Shown piece after piece: positions 35,379 through 49,458 of a stretch of 64,000 nt of DNA. Under the pieces are notes generated by a model that had not been told where the DNA came from, made no database searches, and was given only the letters and a program-made list of their open reading frames with translations. Source of the DNA: Chiloscyllium plagiosum (Eukaryota); assembly GCF_004010195.1 (NCBI RefSeq), contig NC_057749.1, positions 25,366,014 to 25,430,013 on the forward strand. The letters run 5' to 3'. Position numbers and translations under genes: made by a program. Each line of letters begins with the position of its first letter. The first letter of the stretch is position 1.

Positions 35379-38249
35379 GAGCAACAGTATATGATTACAA
35401 CTCCACTTGCTTAGTTAGACCTGGCGGACTAGAACTGATCTCCAGATGGTCAGTCCATTAAACAAATTCTACTGCGCGTCTTCCCACCATCGGCCTGTGT
35501 CATGCTTCACGTCGTGTTCATGTGGCTGTGGTCATGGCTTATACCCTTTTCTGACCCTGCTCCCTTGACATATAATGCCTGCTCCCTCTAATTGGGTTTT
35601 AGTGTCCATTCAATCACACTCTGGCTATGTAAGACCACCTGATCGTGAGCATTATCTGTTTCCAAGTGGTGTTGGCTCCTTGTACTACCAGATCCAGGTA
35701 CTACCAGCAATGGATGTAATAATCTGTCTCTCGATAAGGCAGCAAGAAAGTCATTTACTCATGTCTGGAGAGGCTGTTGTGGTGTGGACTGGGCCACCAT
35801 TTCAATGTAAATATAATTACTTGGAAGGTCATGATTTGGAGATGCCAGTGTTGGACTGGGGTTGCACAAAGTTAAAAGTCACACAACGTCAGGCTCTTTT
35901 GCTGCTGTCTCATTTAAAAGAAAGCAGAGTCTTAGAATTGTAGGGAACTTGTTTTTGATACAATCTCTCACACTTCCTGGACAGCACTGTCAAGCAGTGA
36001 ATGAATTGTACTGACCAAAAAGGACCCAGGTAAGAACATCAGTCCAAAAAGGACCCAGGTAAGAATATCAGTCTGTGCTGAATTTACCTTCATCACACAG
36101 GTAATTAAATACCACATCAGAATTGAATTAGCTTTATAGCTACCTGTGCTCTAATGAGGACAGTGCAAAGTTTACATTACAGTGCCATCTTAGGTACAAA
36201 GGTATAGATTCCTAAAATAAAATTGTTTGGGGGGAAAGAAACTATAGAAAAGTAAAGAGATAAAACATTACAGATCAGAGGAATAGATTGGAAAGGTAAA
36301 GAAATAAAAAGTTCAGAATAACAGTCTTTCCAACCCAGTCCATGCCAGCACCCAGTAGCTGGTGACACAGCTGGTCTAATGTCCTGGATTAGGGGCAACT
36401 CCGAGAGGGTTCCTGCTCCTGACTTTTATCCAGTGGCTCTTTTGTCTGCTGCTTTACCACAGTTCACAATGAGCAACTGGCACATCATGTGTCTGTTTCC
36501 TTTGTTTTCCATAAAACTTGTAACAGAGCAACTGCTTTCTTAAGTCTTTTAGGGGCATGAAGGAATGGGAGCAACTAAATTAGTACTAACCCTGACCCTC
36601 CCCCGAAAAAAAAAATTGGTTGTATATTCAAAGGCAACTGCACAGTAAGTCTGCGGTAACATTATTCTCACTGTGTGTACCTTCACTTAATTTTAAAAAT
36701 CTCTCAATACCAGGTTATAGTCCAACAGGTTTATTTGGAAGCACTAGATTTCAGAGCGCCGCTGCCCCTTCAGGTGGTTCACTTATGTGTTTGTCTAGAG
36801 CCAGTGATACAGTGGTAGTGTCCTGGGGAGGTTTAAGTCCCACATGCCCTAGCGGGGTCTTATCATATGTTCGAACAGGTTGATTTGTTTTTGTTTGCAG
36901 ACATTGAGTTGTTTGGCAAAACCTTCCTTTTAATTAAAAGGAGCAAATTCTTTAATGGCATCACTAATTTAGTTGCACTTGTTCTTGGCCATTTCAGAGT
37001 CAACCACATTGCTCACATTATATGTTGCCAAACTGGGTGTTGATGGCAAGTTTCCTTCCCTCAGGGATTGTTGATGAACTAGCCAGGTTTTTACACCAAC
37101 TGAGTACCATGCCCTCATTACTGAGTCTAGCTTTATATTCCAAATTTATTTAATAGAATTTAAATTCTGGTGTGGTGGGATTTGAACTGATTTCCTGGGT
37201 TTTGGGATGACTAGTGGGGACAACAAACCCCATGCCACCATCTCCCTCACGCAGGGTATGTGCAGAAGCTGCTGAGTTGAGAGCTCGCAATTAAATATGG
37301 AATCTCGCAGAAGCAGTCATGCAAAGTTAACATTTCTTAAATGACAATATTTTTTAAAACTTGACTGCTTTATGGATATGCAATTGACTTGAATGTGTAG
37401 CTACATAAATGCCTGTCTTGCAATTGATTGATATTTGCTCGTAACCAGCAGTGATTTACATTAATGGTAGATGTAACTTTATTTTGTACCGCACAATATA
37501 TATGACTTTCTGTTGGAGGCTTGTGCATTAAGCTGTTTAATAATGCTAAAGATTCATTATGTTTCAGTTGATATCCTGTGAAAACTTCCGATAGAAATGT
37601 ATTCAGCTTTTCATTCCTGACAAGCTCAATAATCGGTAGTTGTTTGCCCGCCAAGAAATTCGGCAATATTATTGGGTGTAGTTAACCAGAAAGTAATTGG
37701 TTTTGAAAATAAGATACATTTGTATCACATGTCCTATTGTGATGAAATTGCCTAAGTTTAAAGTGTTATTGGAGATCATTTATTTTCGTTAATCCAGACT
37801 CTGTCCCTAGGTGTTGCGAAAAAAGAATGATGAGGTGGGCCAGTGGAGAGTTGCTGGCCTCATCTCCATCATTTAAAAAAAAACCAAGGTCTTTTGGAAA
37901 GCTGCTCTTCCCTTTTTTCTAGTTGGATCCATTTTCCTCAATTCTTTGCATATCAGAGGCCATTTCTCTGACCCACGTTGGACCCTGTTCTGTGCCATTA
38001 GCTGAGTTCACACGCTCAGTGTGTCAGTCACTGACGTCAGGTGCTGAAAGCCTCCCTTCACCATCATCTGCTTTCGATCATTAACAAGAGCTGGGATTGC
38101 CAGGAGGAGGTTCAGCCCCATCGACTCATTGAAATCTGGGGTTCTCTCCCCTTGCAGCCTTTCTGTCGTGACTGGCTGTCCTGATTTAAAGGGTACATTG
38201 GAATGGCTGCCCCCTTATGGCCTCCACGTTATTTTTTTATTTATTTGTG

Positions 38250-38935
38250 GCCATTGTTAATTGAGCCAACATTTATTTCCTGTCTGTGGTTGCCCTTGGG
38301 AAGCTGGTGGTGAGCTGCCGCCTTGAGTCCATGTGCTACAGTTTGAGGAGTTTGACTTCGTGACAGTAACAACAGCAAGATGTTTCTAAGTCAGAATGAT
38401 AAATGACTTGGAGGGGAACTTGCGTATGGTGATGTTTCCATGTATCTGCTGCTCTTATTCTTCTAGATGGATGTGATCATGGGTTGGAAGGTGCTGTCTG
38501 AGGATCTTTAGGGAATTTCTGCAGTGTAGCTTGTAGATAATATACATTGCTGCAACTGATCATTAGTGGAGGGGAGGATGTGGTACCAATCAAACAGACT
38601 GCTTTGTCATGGATGGTGTCAAGCTTCTTGAGTGTTGCTGGAGCTGCATCCATCCAGATAAGTCGGGAGTATTCCCTCGCACTGCTGACTTGTGCCTTGT
38701 AAGTGGCGAACAGACTCGGGAATTAGGAGGGGAGTTATTTGGCTCAGTATTCCTAGCTTCTAACCTGCTAATGTAGCCACTATGTTTGTTTATGTGGTGA
38801 GTCCAGTTGAGTTTCTGGTCAATGGTAACTCCCAGGATTCAGTGATGGTAACACCGTTGAATGTTAAATGGCGATGGTTAGTTTCTCTCTTATTGGAGAT
38901 GGCCACTGCTTGGCATTTGTGTGGGGCAAATGTTA
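38250..38935 (-). mobile_element. Old CR1/L2-like LINE 3' fragment
   Basis: Reverse-strand similarity to 900-1355 (accatccatgacaaagcag, ggaaacatcaccatacgcaagttcccctc). Confidence 0.6.
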
Positions 38936-39849
38936 CAGCTAATCTCCAACCCTCACAAAACCATTCCAATATTCATTATGGGGACTCCTGAACCAACCAG
39001 CAATGGTGACAAAAAAGAGGTCCACGTATACAAGACCATAGCGGTGCCATGAACAACATTACCCAGTCAGAGTGTCATTAAGGGTGTCAGTTAACTCAGT
39101 GGCTGGTTATTGATGCAGCATCATGGGTTCACTTCCAATACTAGCTGAGGTTACCATGAAGGACTCTCCTCAACCTTTCTCCTTGTCTAAGGTATGGCGA
39201 CCCTCAGGTTAAACCACCACCAGTCTTCTCCCTCCAAGAGAGTGGTCCTCTGTGACTATGGCAACTTTACCTTTACATTAATGGTGTGTAGTTTTATTTG
39301 CCATCATCCAAGCAGCATTTCCATTCTTTTAGCCCTTTGCTTTCTAATGTAGGTCATTGGAGCTTTTTGAAACTATTGGACTACTATCAAATGGATTATT
39401 TGTTATTAATACAACTAATCAATAAAAGGCTCATGGGAATGAGAATATATACTGCAAGTGCCTGAACATACAAGCCAATTAAGCAGGAACCATGGAGATG
39501 TTTATCAGTATAATTTAGTAAGTAGAATAGTTTACCTGGAATTATGATGTAATGTGTACATAATTGCATTAACTTAAAAAGCAAATCAGTTTTTTCCTGT
39601 GTTTCTTGCCTCATATTTCTTCCTAGGAGTAACTGTCTCAGTTGTACAGAGCTTCACCATAGTATTAACCTTGTTCATTTAAGCATAAAATAATCTGCTA
39701 CCATGATATGGGCTCTGCCTTCAGCAGGCTATTTATAGCTGATGTGGCAATGCTTCTGGTAGCTCTCGTAACTTAAGAACTAGATGTGAGTAACGTGATA
39801 TTGAAAGATTCAATAGACCTTTATTACAGCTCCTTGTGTATAAATATAT

Positions 39850-40395
39850 TACAACCGTAAGCCTACCAACACACTTAAACAGCGACTAATGAACCGAAAG
39901 GATCTATTAGATACTGCTAGCAAAACTAACGCCATCTATAAGATACCATGCAAGAATTGTTTTTTAAAAAAAAACACTACAGTGAACAGACAAGTAGGAA
40001 ACTTGCCACCAAGATACCCTAACACCAACTACCACCAAAAAACACGATCCACTATCGCTAGTTTCCATACATACATACAGACAGAGAAGGGCACCACTTT
40101 GACTGGGGCAACACACACATCCTAGGACAGGCAAAGCAAAGACATGAACAAGAATTCTTAGAGGCACGGCATTCTAACCACAAACTCAATCAATAAGTGC
40201 ATCGGTTTAGATCTTATCTGCCTTCCCTTGAAAAAAACAGGAAATAACATCACCCACCTCAAGAAACCAAGACCTATAAATAGAGAGGCGGGACATACCA
40301 TCAGTGCTTCACCGGAGACTCTCACTGATGATATTACCTAGTCACAACGATGAAACGTTTGAAACCAAACCTTCCAGCTCAGTGAGCTAACTTAC
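39850..40395 (+). mobile_element. Degenerate Penelope-like fragment (GIY-YIG region and hammerhead remnant)
   Basis: TNAIYKIPCKNC followed by frameshifted endonuclease motifs. CTGATGA...GAAACGTT at 40325-40359. Confidence 0.75.
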
Positions 40396-41419
40396 TTATA
40401 TTACAGCCATTGGCACCTCAGTGTCAGGGCTAATATGAAGTTATTGGTGCAAATAGCATACTTTCAACAGCATATGATGCTTCAAGTGGCCTCAGTGAAG
40501 ATGGAGTTTGAGACCTTTTATCCTCAGATCATACGGTATGATACCATAATATCACAAGCATGTCTCTAAAGTTACATTGATACTGTATGTGAAACATAAC
40601 GCAACCCATACTGTTTTAATTCTTTGCACATTCACATACATTTTTAATTAAAAAGTTGGTTAGATTTCAAGGGATGCAGATAAAGTGCTCCACATTAACA
40701 ATGTTCAACAATCTAACATTAACGGCAATAGAGTTTCGTCTCTGATACTTTGGAATCAGAAACTGCAGTGAATCTTCATCACTAGCATAATAGAAAAAAA
40801 TCAATTTTCCCTTCCATCTTGTATTAGCACTCTTGAAGCATAGTTGTAGTTGAATTAGGACAGTGCAGTGCTTTATAGACTGCCAACTAGATTGGTGCCC
40901 TATCTATTATATGGACTTACTGTTTTTCTCAATCCTGTTAAAATATTGTGAAGGTGCATGCTGCATTGAAAAGTATCCTTGTTTTTTGGAGTTTGGGAAG
41001 TGTATGCATTTCTTGTACATTGAATAACCTAGCATTAGGTTGCACTCGAATGGAAATGCCTGTAAATTACAACACTGGCCGTAATGGTCACATTGTTGCT
41101 GTTAATCTTGTCCCTACAAATAACAATATCCTTCTGCAGGTAAGAAATGCTGTTATTCCTCATTAACTGCCTTTTTTGGTATCCAAAGTAATGTTGTAAA
41201 TAAAACTAAATGTTTGAAAAATTGCGAATTTCAAAGGAAAGTTGCAAGGAACTTGCTTAAACGTAGCCGGTGAAATGTCATTGGTGCATTTTAAAGCCTT
41301 CATTGATGTTGTTTATTAAAGACCTCAGTCTTGTCCCAGTGTACTCATTGATCTCGTGAACAGTTTGTGGCCACACTATTGCAAAATTCGTCCCCACCCC
41401 CACCCCCACCAATGTATTT

Positions 41420-42070
41420 CAGTTTAAATCGAAGCAGATAATAAAGAAAGCAAATGGAATGTTGGCTTTTATAATGAAAGGAATAGAATATAAAGGTAAG
41501 TATTGTTGCAACTCTACAAGGCACTGGTGAGACTGCACCTGGAGTGTTGGGCACAGTTTTGGTCCCCTTATTTGAGGAAAGATGTAGTGGCATCGGAGGC
41601 AATTCAGAGGAGGTTCATTAGATTGATCCTAGAGATGAGGGGTTTGTCATATGGAGAGAGATTGGGCAGTTTAGGGCCTAGTCACTCTCGAATTTAAAGG
41701 AATGAGGGGAGATCAAATGGAAGCATTCAAGACGATAAAAGGTGTGGAGAAGATCGATGTGGAGCAGATGCTTCCTCTTGTGGGGCATTCTGGGGCAAGA
41801 GGTCACGGTCTTAGGGAAAGAGGTAGCAAATTTCAAACAGAGTTGAGGAGAAACTAGTTCTCCCAAAGGGTTGTGAATCTGTGGAATTCACTTCCCCAAA
41901 GTGCAGTTGATGCTGGGACAGTGAGTAAATTTAAGCAGGAGTTAGACAGTTTTTAATTGGTAATGGGGCGAAGGCAGGAAAATGGAAGTGAGGAGCATAT
42001 TAGTCACGATTGAATGGCGGAGCAGACTCAATGGGCCGAATGGTCAAATTCTGCTCCTATATTTTATGAA
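41420..42070 (+). mobile_element. CR1-clade LINE 3' fragment
   Basis: LQLYKALVRLHLECWAQFWSPYLRKD. Similar fragments at 45300-45840 (+), 47620-47915 (+), 49960-50600 (-), 51577-52200 (-), 54470-54980 (-), 59165-59947 (+) and 60688-61470 (-). Confidence 0.82.
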
Positions 42071-45000
42071 CTTTGCCTCTTCATTTGCAATCGTGCTCCT
42101 CATGTTTGACAATTCCAATGCACTGCTGATGAGCTGCTCAGATTTTAATCTCTGCCAACATGTGCTCAGTCAAAATGACAGCATATGTCCTTCATTGCAC
42201 TAAGCTCGATTCACCCATGCAGTTGATGTCTCACCTGTCAGAAAATGCCTCCTGCTTTAAAATTGCCATTCCCCCATTTCCAAAATACTCCATGCCTCGT
42301 CACTCCCTATCTGGAACCTCCTCTTGCCCCATAATTCTGGAAGATCTGGGTAAGTCAGAGTCATTGGGCAGGGAGGGTCTGAGTGCCTTACAAAAGGGGT
42401 ATGCCTTAAAGCCCAGGTGGGGAGGAGGGAAAGTGATGGGTGGTTACTATTTTGTGTCATGTGCAAAGTATGCCCCATCCAGAAATACTCCCGCCTTCCC
42501 ATCCTTTTAGATATTTTCCCAAAAAAGCTGTTACTATACATCGTGACATACAATTTCCTTTCAAAGTCCTAATGTATGGGCACTTGAATGAAATAAACAC
42601 ATGGTGTAACGAAGAGTGGAACTGGCTGGATTGCTGAATGGCCTGCTGTGCTATATGTGACTTTTTCTCATCTGGGTATTTCCTCCCCTCTTTATTTGCC
42701 TAGTCCAGCCTTTAATGGGGATAATGACTTAGTGATACTGGCTTTGATTTGATCATCAAAGAAACCCAGGCTAATACTGTGTCAGTGTGGTTTCAAATCC
42801 TGCCATGACATGGTGGAACATGGATTTAATAAATTTGGAATTTAGAACTAGTGATAATTTGGAAATTGTGAAAACTTGCCTGGTTGGCTTTAAGGAAGCT
42901 GGGCTGGCCTCTGTGACTCCAGACACACACCAATCTGGTTAACTATTAACTGTCCTCTGAACTGACTGAGCAAGCCATTCAGTTTATGGGCAATTGCAGA
43001 CAACCAATAAACTACCTACAATACAAATATTACACGAAAGAAAATTTGACCCTCCCTAAAATTTGAGTCGTCAAACTATTGTTGTGTCTCATCAAGTTTT
43101 CACCTACCACTGCTGCGTTTGTATTGCTTAGTTTTCCTGATTACACAATTGTAAGAATTATCAGTGTGGTTACAAATACCTTATATGCCCTATACATTTA
43201 AGTCCCATGCCAGTCAGGTGTCTGAAGTCTCCAAATCCATATCTTTTGCGCAATCCTGATTTCAATTTCTCCCCATTGACCATCTGCCTTCAGCTGTGTA
43301 GCTGTAAGGTTTTGTATTCCTCCTGTATCTCTATTTGTTCCTCAGTCCCACCAGTGTGATAGCAACTCTGACCAGGTCGATTGGATCTATACAGTGTGGA
43401 AGCAGGCGATTCAGCCCATCGAGTCCACACTGGTCCTGTAAAGAGCATTCCACCCAGACCCACATCTCTGTAACCCTGCATTTCCTATGGCTAAACCAAC
43501 TAACCTGCACATCCATGGACACTATGTGGTAATTTAGCACGGCCAATCCACTAACCGGCACATCCCTGGACACTGTGGGGTAATTTAGCGCGGCCAATCC
43601 ACTAACCGGCACATTCCTGGACCGTGGGAGGAAGCCAGAACAAACCCAGGTGGATAATGTGCAAACTTCACACAGTCAGTTGCCTGAGGCTAGAATCGAA
43701 CCTTGGTCCCTGGTGCTGTGAGGCAGCAGTGCGAACACCACTGTGTCACCTATGGTAAAACGCTTTTATTTTGATAGAAATGTTTGTTTTTAAACCCTAC
43801 TTTTTTTGACCAAGTTTTTGGTTTTATACCTTAATATTTCTCTATGTGGCTCATTGGCAAATTTTGCTTAATGATTGTCCTATGAATTTAGCTTGGATGT
43901 GTTCTGTTAAAGGTGCTGCACAGACACAGGAATTCTGGGAGGAAGGGGAGAGTGTGAGACCTTTTTGGGGGGGGGGGGTACCACCAAGGGTGGGGTAAGG
44001 CACATCCCTTAAAGATAGCAAAGCAAACTTTCTGGTCATTTAAACAGTTGGGAGAAAAGATAGACTGCCTACTCCCACCCATTTCAGCTTCATTATGGTA
44101 AGGGCAATGTAGTATTGGGCTCAGTTCAGCTTTTACTTAACAGGTTCATTCAACTCCATATTTTCTTGTTATTCATTCATGGGATGAGGGCATCGCTGTC
44201 TCGACCAGTACATATTTTCTAGGGGGCAGTTAAGAATCAACCACATTACTGTGGGTCAGTCACACTCCGACCTTATGAAAGCAGTATTTTTTTTAACCAA
44301 AAGACCTGCCCATCCCATAGAAAGTTTGCTTTTTATTAATTTCAAAAATATACTTTATCCATAAAACATATCTTGATATATGCATATTTGCAAACCAAGT
44401 TCGGTTTACCAAAGAGCATTTCTTATTCGAACCAGATTATATACATTTGAGGGGCCAGACGGGTCCGAAAACTGGATGGACCCCCATTTGCCTTCAGCTG
44501 GAATATCTCAGACAGTGGTCTTACCCCACTGAGCCTTGGCAGCAGCTGCCCCAAGCTTTAGTGCATCCCCTAGCATTATGGAAGGACTGCCTTAAAGAAT
44601 TAAAGTGAGAGAGAGAGAGGCCTAGTATTTCAATGTGTAAAGGCTGGATTTCACCTCTACCAACAACTGTGTTTTTGGTAGGTTGGGCTATACAATGAAT
44701 TATTTACAAACACTCAAGGGAGGCTGCCAATTTTGGCAGTAGCTAACCCTTTAAAACAACAGGGGGGGTGGGGGTTGCTGATTGGTAAAATGGTGAAACT
44801 GGGTATCCTCCCTACTTTATGTGCCCCTCACACTTTCCCTGGTCAAACCACAGTCTAGTGGCCTCATGGAATACTCGGCCCAAAGTGTCCCCTCTTGTAG
44901 GCAAAAGTGAGGACTGCAGATGCTGTAGATCAGAGTTTAGATTAGAGTGTTGCTGGAAAAGCACAGCAGGTCAGGCAGCATCCGAGGAGCAGGACAGTCG

Positions 45001-47309
45001 ACATTTCGGGCAAAGACAAACTGTAACTGAACAGCATATCTTTATTTCCTTAATGGCTTTGCAAATGGAATTAGAAGCTGGGAAAGCACAAGATTCTTTG
45101 GAATAGCAGAAGATAAATGTCACCAGGCTCTCCATGTCCTGCCAGTGATGGAGGCAGGAGAACTTGCACAGAAGCCAATCTATTGGAGTTCAGCTGGTGT
45201 CCACTAGATGGCACAGTTATCAGTTTTTGTAAATCACCAGATAGTTTCAAGTAGTTCAACAAATACTGTCAGTAATTGAATCAGATATTTAGAAGCTCAG
45301 GAACAGCTTTGGATTGCTGCGTACAGTTCTGGTCACCACATTACCAAAAGGATGTGGATGCTTTGGAAAGGAGGTTCACCAGGGTGTTGCCTGGTCTGGA
45401 GGGTGTTAGCTGTGAGAAGAGGTTGAGTAGGTTAGGATCATTTTCATTAGAAAGGCGAATGTTGAGGATCTACAATCCTGATTGAGGTCTACAAAATCAT
45501 GAGAGGTATAGACAGGGTGGATGGAAAGAAGCTTTTTCCCCAGAGTGGGGACTCAGTTACTAGGGATCACGAGTTTAAGGTTTGAGGGGAAAAGTTTAAG
45601 GGAGATATGCGTGGAAAGTTATTTTTGCAGAGGGTGGTGGGTGCCTGGAACATGTTGCCAGCAGAGGTGGGCACGATAGCGATATTTAAGATGTATCTGG
45701 ACAAATACATGAATGGGCAGGGAGCAGAGGGATATAGATCCTTAGAAAATAGGCGACAAGTTTAGATAGAGGATCTGGTTAAGCGCAGGCTGGGAAGGCT
45801 GAAGGGCCTGTTCCTGCATTGTAATCATCTTTGTTCTTTGCTGTTTCAAATTATTCCTGCTGAATTTAGCTAACTGATTTAGATTTACTTTTCAGGCACA
45901 TTTGAAGTGTCTATGTGCTTCTTGAGTGCCAGCTGTTGCTTCTATGATAATAGTGTTATTTTTAAGGCAGCGGGTGGATTCCAATTATATTATAGGTGTT
46001 GAGTATTGTACTCATGAGAGCTGCTGTGGCACAGTAGCAGTGTCCCCACTGTTGGATTGGGAGGTTCAAGTCCCACCTGCTCCAGTGGTGTGTAATAACA
46101 TCTCTGAACACTTTGTTTAGAAAAGTAAGTTGAATGTTGTACTGCAGGGTTGCTGTACTTGAAAGAGCTGGTTTTCATATAAGTGATGAGCAATGGCCCT
46201 CAGAATTTGCAATTAAAAATTTCCTGTGACAGCATTCGGTGCCCTCGTCAGTATTTATGTTCCAACATAAGCAGATAATCTGGACATTCTCACATATCTG
46301 ACCATCACGATAAGCTCCTGTGCTGTTGCCTAAATTAGTTGCCACATTCCCAACATTATTGCTGATCCAAATCAGAAGTATTACGTAGGCTGTAAACTGC
46401 TTTGGAGCATCCTGTGACTGTGACCAGTCTGATGTAAATGAAGATATTTTTGTTAGAGAATACGCACAGTTCATGAGGAAATGGTTCTGATGTAATTGGA
46501 TGACTGGTCACCAGCCCTTCCACAAAGCCGGGCACACTACCCGCAATATTTTCTGCAATATTCGACCTCCATCAGCACAGTACCTCCGACAGTGCAGCAT
46601 TCCAATTCTGTTACATTGGGGCTGTCAGCCTGGAGTTTGTGCTACTGTTTCTGGAGCAGAATCACAGCATCCCTACAGCATGGAAGCAGGTCATTCGGCC
46701 CATTGAGTCCACACCAACCCTCCAAAGGGCATCCCACCCAGAACCAGCTCCCTGCTCCTCCTATGGCTAATCTACCGAACCTATGCATCCCTGAACACTA
46801 TGGGAAATTTAGCATAGCCAATCTACCGAACCTGCAAATCCTGAGACTGTGGGAGGGAACTCTCAAGATGGTGGAGAATGTGCAAACTCCACTCAGATAG
46901 TCACCTGAGGGTGGATATGAATCCAGGTCCTTAGCAATGTGTGGCAGCTAACCACTGAGCCACTGTGTCCCTCCTAAGGACTTTGACCTTCCAACTCAGA
47001 GATGGAACTGAGACCATAAACATGAGAACACAAAATAGTCCTAATAGATGAAGAAGCTCATAATCTGCTTCATTGTCAGTGACTTGTGTTTGAAATGATT
47101 TCCTGAACAAGAACTAAATAGATAATCATTACTTCTTCCTTGTCAAGTGTAATTTAAGGAGTTATGTGACATTCAGAAATGTTTGTTTGGTTGTGGTAAA
47201 TCCAGGGGAAGCCAGAATAAATTGAGTTTTTTTTTTCTGTTGACTAAGGAAGTGGAGGAACAATGCCCACAGTGCAGAGCACCATCCAGATTGACAGAAC
47301 TTTAACTTA

Positions 47310-47402
47310 GTTGAAAAATGTGGTGCTGGAAAAACGCAGCAGGCCAGGCAGCATCCGAGGAGCAGGAGAACCGACGTTTCGGGCATGAGCCCTTCTTCAG
47401 GA
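47310..47402 (-). mobile_element. Family B monomer with intact hammerhead core
   Basis: 12-bp TSD AACTTTAACTTA; core at 47400-47373. Other family B copies near 7326, 26703, 28669, 44898, 48864 and 62537. Confidence 0.75.
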
Positions 47403-49458
47403 AACTTTAACTTAATCAGGAAATAGTCACTAATTGGGGAAAAAAAAAATAGACTTTCGAAACAATGGAGACAGATAGGAATGTAGGTGTCGGAAGCTAG
47501 AGTCAGTAGATGTTAAACTGGTGAAGCACAGCAGGTTAGTGTCAGGAACAGGAAAGACAACACTTCTGGCTATATAATCAGGGATACAGATGGGATTAAT
47601 GGCAGTTCTCTTTTCCCTAGGAAATGGGATTTCAAGACTAGGGGATACATTTTTAAGGTGAGAGGAGAGAGATGTAAAAAAAAAAGACATTAGCGCATTT
47701 TTTAAACAGAGGGTGGCTCATGTGTGCAGTGAACCTCCAGAGGAAGGTTTGGCTGCGGGTACAACGTTTAAAAGACTTTAGGATAAGTACGTGAATAGGA
47801 ATGGTTTGGAGGGATATGGGCCAGGAGCAGGCAGGTAGGACTAGTTTAGTTTGGGATAATTTTCACATGGACTGGTTGGTCCGAAGGGTCTGTTTCCATA
47901 CTGTGTGACTCTGTGATTGTTTGTGCTGAGTTTATACATTATCCCCGTGTCTGTTTGGGTTTCCTCCGGGTGCTCCAGTCTCCTTTCACAGTCCAAAGAT
48001 GTGCAGGCTTGGTGGATTAGCCATGGGAAATGCAGAGATGGGGTTGTGGAGGTGGGTCTGGGAGGGATGCTCTTTAGAGGTTCAGTGTGGACCCAATGGG
48101 CTGAATGGCCTGCCTCTACATTTTAATGATTCTGTGAAGCCTGGTGACTGTAGGATAGAAGAATAATCAGGAGCTTAGGTTATGGCCAAGAATGAATAGG
48201 ACATTGCACAACCAGTCTTCACAGCAATAACATGAGAATATATGGAGGGAGATATAATAAAGTGGTAACATCCCCGGACTAATAATCCAGAAGCTTAGTT
48301 AATTGGCTGGATGTGTGAGTTTAAAGAATTGGAATTTGTCACAAGTGGTATTTAAATTATTACTTTTAGAGTCTGAAGCCAGTGTCAGTAACATTGACCA
48401 CAACAATGATTGTCATTTCAACGCATCTAGTTCACCAAAGCCCTTTAGGGAAGGAAATCTTCTATCCTTACTTGGTTTGGCCTTCATGTAACTTCAGAAT
48501 GTGATTGACTTGCCCTCTGAAATGGCCCAACAAGCCAATCAGTTCAAACATAATTCAGGACAGGCAGCCAACGCTGACCTTGTCAGCCGTGGCCACGTCC
48601 CTGAAGTTAAAAAATCACACAACACCAGGTTACAGTCCAAACACAACACCAGATTACAGTCCAACAGGTTTATTTGGAAGTACAAGCTTGCGGGTGGGCT
48701 TTTTATCTACCTGACAAAGGAGCAGCGCTCCGAAAGCTAGTGCTTCCAAATAAACCTGTTGGACTATAACCTGGTGTTGTGTGATTTTTAACTTTGTCCA
48801 CCCCAGTCCAACACCGGCTCCTCCATATCATCGCGTCCCCAAAAAGTAAGGAACCATGTAGGACTGAAACGTCAATTCTCTGCTCCTCGGATGCTGCCTG
48901 ACCTGCTGTGCTTTTCCAGCACCACACTTTTTGACTCTGTAGGACAGCCAGTTGGTAGCTTCGAAAGTTCTGATGACCATGATCATAGAGGGATCAACAA
49001 AATATGGGGAGAGGCAAGACTGAAAAGGAAAGAGTGAATGATGTAGATGAGAGCAACTGCACTTTCTGTTTCACATTTCTGGCGCAGTGATGTGACAGAA
49101 GTATGTGAGAAGTACAGTCACTAAAATAACATCAGGGTCATTGACTGCATATGAAGTGGAAACACTTGCATGAGAACAAATGGTAAAGGGCTCTTTGTAA
49201 TTGCACTTCCCTTCACCTTATTAACCTATGTGGAAATTTGTTTTGGGTACATTGCTCATTCATTGGTAAATTTACAGGAAAGGAAATAATAATATTGAAG
49301 AGACAGAGCAATTCTTTCACAGAAATCTAACTTCAGTTAGATTATGCATTTAAACTATTTTAGTGTAGTTGGAATAATCAATCAGTAAGCCTCATCCTGA
49401 GTACATATTCTTCTTACAACTGGCACCTCCTATTAAAAGATTCCTCTGCAGAATGAGG

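Noticed and set aside
36015-36072. 29-bp tandem duplication containing CAG|GTAAGA
   Set aside because: Simple slippage duplication with no associated exon evident.
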